From assembly GCA_951406725.2 (NCBI GenBank), contig OX597819.1, forward strand, positions 74,090,001 to 74,154,000: 64,000 nucleotides of DNA, read 5' to 3'. The notes under the pieces are model-generated. The model searched no databases, had not been told where the DNA came from, and saw nothing but the letters and a program-made list of their open reading frames with translations. Source of the DNA: Octopus vulgaris (taxonomy: Eukaryota). The position numbers and the translations under genes are program-made. This document shows, piece by piece, positions 41,639 through 55,099 of this stretch. Each line of letters starts with the position of its first letter. Position 1 is the first letter of the stretch.

Positions 41639-44313
41639 TTAATTCCCGTTATAATAATTCTGGAACCAATCTCAGTTAGAGAAAAATCAGATACAAGTGT
41701 ATCGTTTCAATTATGTAGAAGTGTTTTAGCTTCACCACTTAATAATCATATCGACGATTATATTAATCGTTAAATACCAATATTTCCATAAATTTTTATC
41801 TTATATTTTCTTTTCGGGTTTATAATCGTAAACAATATATATTTCTCCTTTTTGAACTAAATATTTCTATTTAATATCGTGTTACATCGATGTTATTGGT
41901 ATTACACCAATGGGACTGTGACGTATCAATCTATATATATCTTATATAGACATACCTATATTTATCTATATATATCTTCATATATACATAACTATACCTA
42001 CGTTATTTAATTCATTTTTTATTTTTTTATTTTCCGATTCCATTTCCTATTTTTAATCTTCATTATAATATATACACCATATTCCTATGCATTATACTAG
42101 GAAGACTTCCCTGCATACTCACACACACACACACACACATATACGCCAACATCATTTCTATTATTTATTATATAAATGGAAATTATATTTTTGTATGGAA
42201 GCATTAAAGTGTTAATATTTTATTTTATATTCTGTTGTTTGTGTTTTTGATTTTGTTCAATGAGTGGATTACAACTTCGTTACAGACATCCATATTATAT
42301 TTACTGCTTGTTCCATTATTTCTTGATATGGGCCAGCAATTTCGGGGAGGTGTAATGGATTTCGACGACCCCATTACGTAAATGGTACTTATTTTATGAT
42401 GACAGGAAGACTGACTATCCTACAGGTGAGATACATTGTAATATAATGTATATAAAATATATAATAAAGATAAAGAAATGACTGTAACATAAAATATAAA
42501 AAGAAATTATAAAATAAATCACAACAATAGTGCGACTGTATTCAGAATGGGCAAAGCCCATCACGTCGGGCTTTACAACATGATAATCTTTGGTGCCATT
42601 TCACAAATATTTCTTGAAGACAAACAATTTTTACATGTCAGAGAATATCTGCTCTGTAAACTTCGGATGTTGCTCCCCACGCGTTGTCAAGACAGCGAGA
42701 GGAAATAAACAACTTTATCGATACGACGATTCCATACAAATTTCGCTCTTTAGACTTCTATAGCTCATCTTAGCGAATTCATCCTAGAAATATATGTGTA
42801 CTTATCAATTAATTTGTCCATATTTTCTTTTGTTCATTATTGTTTTTTTAAGCAAAGTTAATTTTGGAGAATATATTTTTAGAAAATACTTCTCAATTTT
42901 TAAAAAATATTTTGGATCGTCTCTTAAGCAAAGACAAACAGGATAAAAATAAACTTGTTATCACAAATTAGTTAATTTTCACTAAGTGGGATTTCCCTTT
43001 GCTCGGAATAATGTGTGTGTATGTTCACTCTTTCATCCAAGGAGATTCCGGTTTAACCAATGTAGTTTCCTTAAGATTGACCAGATTATGTAACATAAGA
43101 GATTTCTTGTTTCGCAATTAATATCCGTCTTTATCCCTCGGATATTTCTAACTGGTTGTAACTTTGCCTAATTCATATTCCGCATCAGCTATCTCCACAA
43201 GTTTTTACAGAAAATTCGGGGTTGGGGTGGGTAAGTGAATTAATCTTTGCTAGATATTACTTGATGGTTTTTGATTGACGCATGGTGTTGATGGTTGGGC
43301 TTTTGAAGACCAAGTCCTTTACGTTTGTGCTTCAAAGAAAGGATTGAGAGAGTCACATTGGTGAATGCCTCTATGTTTGCCATTCCTGAGTCACAACTGT
43401 TGAGTTGTACCTGCAATTCAAAAGGGGTCAGCCTTATCACATTCTTTATCATATTGAACCTCTTTCAGAATTACGTTAAGTGTACGCGTGTCTGTGGAGT
43501 ACTCGGCCGCTTGCACGTTAATTTCATGAGCATTCTGTTCGTTTGATTGTATCATCTGGAAAACTCGTCGTCATAACCGACGGAGAACTAGGTCGCTTGC
43601 AATAAGGATTTCTATAATCTAGTCGTAGGTTTCTGTTCGTGCCATATTCTTATATTGATGCTGTTTCTTCTGTTTCGCCTCCCCTCCCTCCTCTTCTACC
43701 TCTTCCTCCTTCTTCTCCTCCACCACCACCACCACCTCCTTCCATTCCTCCTCCTCCTCCTCCTCCGCCTAAGTACCTTTCTCCATTTGTGACTGTCGGT
43801 ATTGTTGGTTGTAAATTATTTTCAATACTTTCTGTATTCGTTCTTTGGGATATTAGACACTTGATTTCTGAACGTATGTGAGTTGTGATGGAGGGAGCTA
43901 TACGATGTTTGAGTGATTGGTTTCTTTATTTCGTTCTGGTGGTGGTGGTGGTGGTGGTGGTGGTGTTGGTAGTTGCGGTGGTTGTGATGGTGTTGGTTGT
44001 AGTGAAGATGATGATGGAGATGATATATATGATGGTTACAATGATAATGACGACGACTTTGGCGACGGCGATAGTAACAACGATTTGTAACATGAAGCCG
44101 TAACTCACTATTCCCCGCTCAGTTCTTTCCCGTTAAGCGAAAGTAACCTACTAGCAATTGGACTGTGACCTATATACTGTGATAAAAATAGTTCATTCAT
44201 AAATCTATCGGACTACTTTGCCGAACCGCTAGTGTACGGGGACGAAACCGCACCAGCATCGGGTCTCAAGCAATGCTGGGGGGGGGGGCGACACAAACAT
44301 TCATACATACATA

Positions 44314-45931
44314 CACTGGCGAAAATAAATGCAAGACCGATGTTAAAATTTCTATTTCTTACAAAATATTTTGTTACTAACACCATACAAATTATCTTTA
44401 TCTTTTACACCTTATGCAGAATTCATTTCTCTTTCGAATGATGCAGACAATAACTATTTTTATACAACTTGATGAATTCTAATGCTAAATTAATATAACC
44501 GTTTCAAATTTACCGGCAAAATTAGTTTAAAACCATATCATTATAATTTTATTTAAAGCTTAAGATTGTAGCAAAAATGAGCAACAAGAACGAAATACAG
44601 ATTAGTACTCTGTGCCGTAGCCTTTATTCTTAATAACGGCTGAACAACGTCTCGGCATTGAATTCGCTAAGTGAAAACAAAATTGTATGGAAATATTTTG
44701 CCAATCGAATAATTGTTTTAGATTAGATGGTTTATTAGCATAGACATTTGGGAAACATAATTCCACAGGTTGTCGATCGGATTCAGGTCCGGGCTCTGGG
44801 GAGGCCATTCGATTACGTCAATATTATGGTGATAAAAAAATTCCATAACTTGTGGGCTTGGTGCACAGGAATATTGTCCTTCTGATAAATAGCCCCGAAG
44901 GCATTTGGTGAGTCAAATATGGCACATCATTATCCTATGGTAGATTCCTATAACCTACACTATTTAGCTTTCCATCAACTTTAACTAGAGGGCCAACACC
45001 AAAACTACCAAATGCCGCCCTCACCATCACAACCCCATCCCCACCCACCGCTTGCCCCGCTTTTTCACGTATTTGGGATGGAATTCCTCGGTTGGGCAAT
45101 GTCTGACGTATGTTTTACCATCTGATCCAAATATACAGAAGCGTGACTCGTCACTCAAAGGGAACCTGCACCAATCTACGGCAGTTCATTGAGCATGGCT
45201 TTTTGCGAAATTAAGGCGTTTGAGTCGATTTCTTTCGGATATTATTGACTTTTTCCTAGCGATTCGTCCATGTAGTCCAATTTCTCTCAAAAGGTTGCGG
45301 ACGGTTTGGTAGTGCAAAAATAACACAATTCTCGATGGACAATTGTTTACAACTATCAACGGCTGTCGGTTGCCTTCCGGAAGTCGGTGGATTCGACGTT
45401 CCAACTGTGCCGATGTTTTTCTTGGGGCACCAGTCTTTGCCGATCTTTATATTGACCAGTCTCCGAGTATAACATCCACGCTTTCACGTAAGCCGTTTTA
45501 CTGCACTTTAGTTGCTTGCTGGTGTTCGAAAAGGAAACTTTTTGCTGGTGAAGTACTACGATTTTTGCTCTCGTGACTGGACTGAGGTGACGTTGTTTCC
45601 CCCCTTATTAATCAATTGTATAATAACGTTAAATTATAACACTATATCGTCCAGTTAGGCTAGTTGTGTGACCACCCATTTTGGCAAAAAACTTTGCATA
45701 CATATTACGTGGTCTTAAACTAATTTTGCCGGTAAATTTGAAACGATTGTCTGAATTTAGCATTAGAATTCTTCAAGTTATATAAAAATAGTTATTGCCT
45801 GCATCATTCGAAAGAGAAATACATTCTGCATAAGGTGTAACAGATGAAAATGATTTGTATGGTGTTAGTAACAAAATATTTTGTAAGAAATAGAACTTTT
45901 GTCATCGGTCTTAAATTAATTTTCGCCATTG
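44314..45931 (-). mobile_element. Tc1 transposon, pseudogenised (mirror of 21344-22962)
   Basis: TIRs CACTGGCGAAAA / TTTTCGCCATTG, TA flanks, transposase fragments on the minus strand. Confidence 0.92.
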
Positions 45932-46051
45932 TACATACATCTCTGTTTGTCTCTCTCTCTTTCTCTCTCTCTCTTTCTCTCTCTCTCTCTTTCTCTCTCT
46001 CCTTCTCTCTCACGCTTTGTATATCTATATATATATATATATTTATATATA

Positions 46052-46134
<83 letters not shown>

Positions 46135-46282
46135 GACGTGTTTCTTTCAATTTCCATCTACCAAATCCACTCACACGGGAGCCACACAGTGGGACGGAAC
46201 CTGCAAGCGTGTAGATCGAAAGAAATCTTCTTACCACAGTCAGGCCAGAGCCTATATATACATACATACATACAAACATACA

Positions 46283-46346
<64 letters not shown>

Positions 46347-46427
46347 TGTGTGTAGCTAGGTTAGAAACTTGTTCTTTCTATATTGGCAAGAAATCTTGAA
46401 ATAGACTGAATAATAATATACATAGAT

Positions 46428-47085
46428 ACGAGTAAAGCTGTGCGTCTCTGACATGGCTGCACTCAGTGAAACACCACAGCAAGAAATGAGAACGAGACAC
46501 GCAGCTCTCGTATTTCTGATTGCATCAAGACTATTATGTCACGGCTTGATTGGAACGCTATGTTTCACAGGCACTGCGCTCTAACCATGGCCACCACTGA
46601 GCAGAAAAAGGACGACTTTTCCAACTAACTTTCTGATGTCTTGAAGGAGACATTTTCTTATAGAAAATATGAGATTCTCCTAAAAGATTATTCAATAACA
46701 GTGATCATTATTGATCTAATATTGACAAAAATATTGTGGTATTTCGATGAGCTTCGATGAGGATTGCACGAGTCCCGGGATATTTTCTCCTGCTGCATTT
46801 TCTCTAGTGAGGGCCGTAGGACATAATCTCGTCATAACATTGGAAGAACGAAAAAGAGAAGAAAGGTGTTTCTAGGTTTGTATCATCTTCGTATTTTCCT
46901 CTCAGTTGTTTTATTCAAAAGAGGAAACGATTCCTTCTGGCCCAGGTTCGATGCAAGAATTGATAGTTTCCAACTTTGGCTATGGGCCAGCAATTTCGGG
47001 GTAGGTGTAATGGATTTCGACAACCCCATTACGTAAATGGTACTTATTTTATGAAGACGGGAAGAAAAAAATGTCCTACTGGTGA
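46428..47085 (+). mobile_element. Decayed RTE-like LINE remnant (3' flank of copy 6)
   Basis: Mirror of 20170-20835; begins gacatggctgcactcagtgaaac (DMAALSET). Confidence 0.4.
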
Positions 47086-47888
47086 AATACATTGTAATAT
47101 AATGTATATAAAATATATAATAAAGATAAAGAAATGACTGTAACATGAATTATAAAAAGAAATTATTCATAAAATAAATCACATCTATTCATATCAAGAA
47201 ATAATGGAACAAGTAGTAAATATAATATGGATGTCTGTAACGAAGTTGTAATCCACTCATTGAACAAAATCAAAAACACAAACAACAGAATATAAAATAA
47301 AATATTAACACTTTAATTTTTCCATACAAAAATATAATTCTCATTTATATAATAAATAATAGAAATGATGTCTGCGTATATGTGTGTGTGTGTGTGTGTG
47401 TGTGAGTATGCAGGGAAGTCTTCCTAGCATAATGCATAGGAATATGGTGTATATATTATAATGAAGATTAAAAAAATAGGAAATGGAATCGGAAAATAAA
47501 AAATAAAAAATGAATTAAATAACGTAGGTATAGTTATGTATATATGAAGATATATATAGATAAATATAGGTATGTATATATGAAAAATATATATAGATTG
47601 ATACGTCACAGTCCCATTGGTGTAATACCGATAACATCGATGTAACACGATATTAAATAGAAATATTTATTTCATAAAGGAGAAATATATATTGTTTACG
47701 ATTATAAACGTGATAAGAAAATATAAGATAAAAATTTATGGAAATATTGGTATTTAACGTTTAATATAATCGTCGATATGATTATTAAGTGGTGAAGCTA
47801 AAACACTTCTACATAATTGAAACGATACACTTGTATCTGATTTTTCTCTAACTGAGATTGGTTCCAGAAGTATTATAACAGAAATCTA

Positions 47889-49384
47889 TTATATAAAGGA
47901 TTCTAGAGTATTTTGAATGTGGTTTATATTTTCATGAAGTGTATGGAGTGTAATTATGGTAAACCATCGCTGCTTGGTTATTGGCACATCGTCCGGTAGC
48001 AAAAGACTGTCATCCACTTCGACATTTTGTTTTGTGTTTGAAAATATCTGAAATATATGAAAAGAACATTGTAAAGTAGGGATAAGCATTAATTGATTTT
48101 AATACACAGACACACACGAAGACTCACTCACACACACACACACATACACACACACACACATACACACACACACACATGTAATGAAACCGAATAACGTGGC
48201 TCACAGTCCACACATTATAAAGCTATATATATATATATATATATATATGTATCCATATTCTAATTGTAGTAATTCTTTCAAATAATTAGACATTCTACGC
48301 TGATTGCAATTCTATGCATTGTTGTCTACATTATAAAAATGAGGAAAGTGTGCAGAACGTAAGATCTTTATCGTCTGCACGAAGTATTTTACGACAGAAA
48401 TCTTAGAAACCCTGAAGAGATGTAATTTGTAATGTTTTGGTAGTCATGAAATACAAGAATACTTTGAAAGAATGCTTCGAAATGAGTATATATTACTTGT
48501 CAACAATTTCTGTAAATAAACTGACCATATCTTCCCGGATCTATTCTATGAGATATATATTTAATATATTCCGATAAACATGAGGATATTTTGGTGCTGT
48601 TTTATTGAACAAGGCATTTATCTACATTAACTTTTCGTGGGGAAATGAAAGAGAAATCGCGTGAACCTTCATCTAGAAAAATATATTACCATAATAATAC
48701 TTACCGGTGAATCCAGAAAAAGTATCGTATCAACCAGGTAAGAAAGTGTTTGTTTTAAGTAACAATAAAATATGGCATCAGATGTGGGAGTGAGTTTAGA
48801 ACAGGCAGCGGGATAATAACATTTTGTCTGTATACGTTTGGCAGGGGCACACAGCTGGTCATATTCTGTTTCCGTCTGGTTTTTCAACACAGTAACATAT
48901 TGACTGAGGATTGCAGACATATTGGATAGAGCAATCTGTAATAAAGTATTGTGAGAAGCTTGAATTTTATTCGACACTGATTGAGATTTCTTATAAAATA
49001 TAGAATCGAGTTTAGATAGAAAGTGTATAAATATTTCAAGAAAATATGTTTGATAATATGTCCATACCTTGACTAAATCTGTCTGCGCGATGGTGATATT
49101 GTCTTGAATGTAGAGCTGAGGGAATGTAAGTTCCGTCTGGTTGAGTAGCATATGAATAAAGTGAGGACAGGATACCGCAGAAGCCATTGGAGTGTTGTGG
49201 CACTGTAGAAAAACACGAGACATATTATGAGTCTGAGATTTGGACAGATAGGATTAGAAAACAACGGAGTAGAAGTCCGTTTACACTGAATATTTATAAA
49301 TATTGATCTTTATGAGAACTTTATTAATTATTATGTGGGTAGTAATTTAAGTAATATATTATTGGAGTGTTTTAAGTTGTAATA

Positions 49385-49470
<86 letters not shown>

Positions 49471-49831
49471 AACAATATCAAGAATAACAATAATAATAAA
49501 AATAATATATGAAGAAATAAATGTAAACTTACAAAAGAATGCAAAGTAGTGTTCACGGCTATTGAGGCCCTGCGAGCCACGTCCAGCTGAGTTTTTATGT
49601 TATTTATTGGTATCGCTGTAGGTTTTATCGATGCTCCATGGATGAATGAAGTCCAAACTGAGATACATAGGACCAATATATATTGCCAGTCTACGGGAAA
49701 ATAGAAAAAAAATACCATTAAGGAACATTTAGAAGGACAGGGAGACGTTAAAGGAATTGTTATTATTAAAAAGAAATAACTCGATAAGTCGCTCTTAGTT
49801 TTTCACGTGTAGTAAACAATGAGCTGAACAT
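47889..49831 (-). CDS. Helical-cytokine-like gene copy 6, intact (exons 49831-49807, 49690-49533, 49202-49068, 48935-48705, 48047-47889)
   Basis: All GT-AG; 25/158/135/231/159 nt; 235-aa product MFSSLFTTHWQYILVLCISVWTSFIHGASIKPTAIP...HIQNTLESFI. Confidence 0.85.
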
Positions 49832-50152
49832 TTTGGAACTCAATAAATGATATTCACAAATATTTAACATAGTTCCACTAAATATAAACCATAAGTTCTT
49901 GTGTAGTGTGTTAAAGAGAAGTGAATAGATACTTGGCTGAGTGGAAGAAGGCCACGTTTTAAGTGTTTTGTTGTGTTTTGTTCTACCATAGGAATTGAGT
50001 GCGTTAATTAAATAATAGAAATAAAAACAATGCACTGCACTGTGATGCTTGTATTCAACAGTAATAAAAATAGAAATATTCACTTTAGGGAAAGTTGCGA
50101 TATTTGATATATCACAGGAAAGACGGGGCTATTTAAAACCACTTATATAGAT

Positions 50153-50242
<90 letters not shown>

Positions 50243-50494
50243 GTTTCTTTATTGGCCACACAGGGCTGCACACAGATGGGACAAGTTACAAGGTAGAGCT
50301 TTTGGGGGATGAAGAAAACAAAAAAAAAAGAATAAAAAGGGGGGTGGCGTAGGTTTTTGATCAAGAGGGATCGTAAAAGGGAAGAAAAGAAAAAATAAAT
50401 AAATAAATAAAATAAAAAATTAAAAGAATAAAAAGAAAAAAAAAGATAGATAGAGAGTGAGAGAGAGCGATAGAGATAAATGGATGAATTGGAT

Positions 50495-50580
<86 letters not shown>

Positions 50581-50642
50581 ATAGAGAGAGAGTTAGAGAG
50601 ATATATATATATATATAGAGAGATAAATGGATGAATTGGATT

Positions 50643-50745
<103 letters not shown>

Positions 50746-51333
50746 CATACTTACAGTTATTCATTTTGTGTGAATTTTCGTTATGAAAAAGGTTTTGAGA
50801 GAACGTCATGTTGTAGTTCCTTTGCTTGTTACAATTTATTGTGTTTAAGTGACGATGGAATATCGGCTTATATAGTTGTTTTTGAAGTGATAGGTTTGGA
50901 AAATCCCATTCTATGTGATGGCCTTCATGAAGCTGGAAGATATCATCTTCCTTTATCTACCGTTTAAATTTAGTTTACGAAAACTGCTCGCTTTCATTTC
51001 TCGCGGAAGTTGAAGGTTGTGTTAATATTTTACTTTCAGTGTGACAGAGATTTAGGTTTACGCGAAGAGGAATGCTTTTATGAATGAACTATTTTTATCA
51101 CAGTATATAGGTCACAGTCCAATTGCTAGTAGGTTACTTTCGCTTAACGGGAGGTAATCGAGCGGCGAATAGTGAGTTACAGTTTCATGTTACAAATCGT
51201 TGTTACTATCGCCGTCGCCAAAGTCGTCGTCGTCATTATAATTATCATCATCATATGTATGAGCTCCATCATCTTCACCACCAGCACATACATATATACA
51301 TTCATACATATATAAATACATGAATGCATAGGA

Positions 51334-51365
<32 letters not shown>

Positions 51366-53224
51366 ACACACACACGCACACACACACACTCACACACACA
51401 TACACACACACACACACATATTAATGTAAGATCCACGGATGAAGATTTAGTAAGACAGCTTCATGCAATTCTACGGTAGGCGACAAGGTTTTGCGAATTT
51501 GCAAAAAGAATGCAGAATGGAGAAGGAAAACCCGGGATACATGTGTTTCATGGCGAGTGAAACTTCAGAAGTGGTAAAATCCAAGTGAGGTGTATACTGC
51601 CACCTAATCATCAGGCCAAGGATATTTTCATTAGATTAAAGGTTATAATTGTCGTGGATTGTCTCTTAAGCAAAGACAAACAGGAAGAAAAATTAAACTT
51701 CTTAACGCAAATTAGCTAATTTTCACAAAGTAGGATTTCCCTTTGCTCGGGAAAATGTGTGTGTATGTGGCCCCGTTCATGCTCTCATGCAATATCTAAC
51801 AAAGGTGAAATTCATTTGAAAACACATCTGGAATTGTTTCTCCAAATGCTTGTGGAGATAGCTGATATGAAATAGAAGAGAGAATATAACAACCACATAC
51901 AAACAGGCCCCGTGATAAAATGAAAAAGAAGCGATTCTTTAAGATATACATGGCGTTTATGTGCAGGCGTGTACCTGGATCAGTGATATATAAATACATA
52001 CATACACACACAAACACACATACACACACATATACACACACAATTTCCATACTAATATGTGTAGAATTAATAAACGAGTAGCAAAACTAGAAACAATTCA
52101 TTGAGAGATAGAAGTGAAAATGTCAAAATTCCGTTTCACCTAATTTTCAATTAAAAAATAAGAAAAAGAGAAAGTAATATAAAAATATGTATGTGAGGCG
52201 GAATTTTTCATTTTAGGGTCGTTTTCATCTCTCCTTAAGAAGTATTTCGAGACGGAGGTAAAAAAAATATTGTCTTTTGTTCAGTATTGTCTTTTAAAGC
52301 AAAGTTAATTTTAGAGAATTTATTTTTAAAAAATACTTCTCAATTTTTAAAAAATATTTTGGATTGTCTCTTAAGCAAAGACAAACAGGAAAAAAATAAA
52401 CTTGTCATCGCAAATTAGTTAATTTTCACTAAGTGGGATTTCCCTTTGGTCGGGATAAAGTGTGTGTATGTTCTCTCTATCACTCAAGGAGATTCCGGTT
52501 TAACCAATATAGTTTTCCTTACGACTAGGTCAGATTATGTAACATAAGAGATTTCTTGTTTCGCAATTAATATCCGTCTTTATCCCTCGGATATTTCAAA
52601 ATGGTTGTAACTTTGCCTAATTCGTATTCCGCATCAGCTATCTCCACAAGTTTTTACAGAAAATTCAGGGTTTGGGTGGGTAAGTGAATTCATCCTTGTT
52701 AGATATTTCATGAGAGTTTTTGATTAATGCATGGTGTTAATGGTTGGGCTTTTGAAGACCAAGTCCTTTACGTTTGTGCTTCGAAGAAAGGATTGAGAGA
52801 GTCACATTGGTGTATGTCACTATGTTTGCTCTGTTTCGTACCCCCTTCTTCCTCTTCTTTCTCCTCCCCCTTCCCCGCCTTCTAAGCACATTTCTCCATT
52901 TGTGACTGTCGGTATTGCTGGTTGTAAATTATTTTCAATAGTTTCTGAATTCGTTTTTTGGGATATTAGACACTTGATTTCTGAATGTATCTGAGTTGTG
53001 CTTCAGGGAATTATACGATGTTTGAGTGATTGGTTTCTTTATTTCGTTCTGGCAGTGGTGATGGTGAGGATGGTGGTGGTGGTGGTGGTAGTGGTGGTTG
53101 TCGTCGTCGTCGTCGTGAAGATGATGGAGCTGATACACATGATGATGATAATGATAATGGCGACGACGACGTTGGTGACGGCGATAGTAACAACGATTTG
53201 TAACATGAAAGTGTAACTCACTAT

Positions 53225-53494
53225 TTCCCGCTCGGTTACTTCCCGTTAAGCGAAAGTAACCTACTAGCAATTGGACTGTGACCTATATACTGTGATAAAA
53301 ATAGTTCATTCATAAAAGCTTCCCTCTTTCCGTAAACCTAAATCTCTGACACATTGAAAAAAAAATATTGGCACAAGCTTCAACTTCCGCCAGAAATGAA
53401 AGCGAGCAATTTTCGTAAACTAAATTTAAACAAGAGATAAAGGAAGATGATATCTTCCAGGTTCATGAAGGACATCATATAGACGGGATTTTCC
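53225..53494 (+). promoter_or_regulatory. Candidate NF-kB/STAT/IRF-like cluster ~1.6 kb upstream of copy 7
   Basis: TTCCCGTTAA, TTTCCGTAA, GAAATGAAAG, GGGATTTTCC (53485-53494). Confidence 0.4.
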
Positions 53495-53680
53495 AAACCT
53501 ATCACTGCTGAAACAACTATATAAGCCGATCTTCCATCGTCACTTAAACACAATAATTCGTAACAAGCAAAGGAACTACAAATTGACGTTCTCTCAAAAC
53601 ATTTTTCATAACGAAAAATTACACAAAATGAATAACTGTAAGTATGAGGTAGGCATTATATACATACATACATACATACA

Positions 53681-53714
<34 letters not shown>

Positions 53715-54205
53715 CATAAACACATATTTACATACGTACATAAACATATACATACATACGCACACACATTTATAGGAATACACACACATACACAAATGTA
53801 AGATCCAGGGATCGAGGTGTATGAAGTTAATTTCAAGCAATTTGTAGTAAATATTAAGAAAAAACAACTTTCGGAACAAATTTCGGTGTATTCAGGCGGA
53901 AGATTGGGGATTATTTATATTTTTTTTTTATCGAAAAATTATACGAAGAAAAAAGTTCTTTTTATATTCTACGGTAGGCGACAAGGTTTGTCGAGTTTGC
54001 GGAAAAGAATATAAGAGTTACAGAATGGAAAAGAATAATTCGGGCTACATGTGTTTCATGGCGAATGAAACCTCAAAAGTGGTAAATCCAAATGAGGTGT
54101 ATACGGCCGGGTAATATTCAGTCGAAGGATATCTTGAATAGATTAAAGGTTATATTGTCATGAGGAAGTAATTGTTAACACATACAATCATCGAATTTTC
54201 CACCC

Positions 54206-54290
<85 letters not shown>

Positions 54291-54815
54291 CATACACACA
54301 TATATACATATATATATAGATATATATACATACATATATATATATATATTTATATATATATATATACATACATACATACATACATACATACATACATACA
54401 TACATACATACATACATACGTACATACATACATACATACATACATACGTATATAAACTGTCTATTTCTTGTTTTAGTCCGCTGGTTTGCGGCCATGCTGT
54501 GACACAACCTTGAAAACTGTTTAGGTCGAATTTACCAACTCGAGGACTTATTTCTGAAAGCCATGTACTTATTCTGTTGATAACTTTTAACCGAAGCGTT
54601 ACTTTTCCTGTATATATACACACAGGCATTGGTCATCAAGCGGTACTCAAGAGAGAGCGACAATGACACACACCCCCCACACATATACACATACATACAC
54701 GCGCACAAACATATGTAAATATATGTATGTCCCTGTCAATGTATGCAATTATCTCTCTCTATTTCTCTATCTATATATCTATGTATCCAATTCTTTCTAT
54801 CTAATATATCTATCC

Positions 54816-54885
<70 letters not shown>

Positions 54886-55099
54886 CTATCTATCAATGTA
54901 AGTGGCTTTAATATAAGTGGTTTTAAACGCACATATTATATATCACATTTACTAATACTAACAATATACACACACATATTATATATGAATTTACTACTAT
55001 TAATTATATAGACACATTGACACACAACACAAGAAATTATTGTTTATGTTTAGTAGAACTATGTTAAATATTTGTGAATATCGTTTATTGAGTTCCAAA

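Noticed and set aside
53971-54115. CRVCGKEYKS resembling a C2H2 zinc-finger start
   Set aside because: No His pair follows, a stop comes soon after, and there is no splice context.
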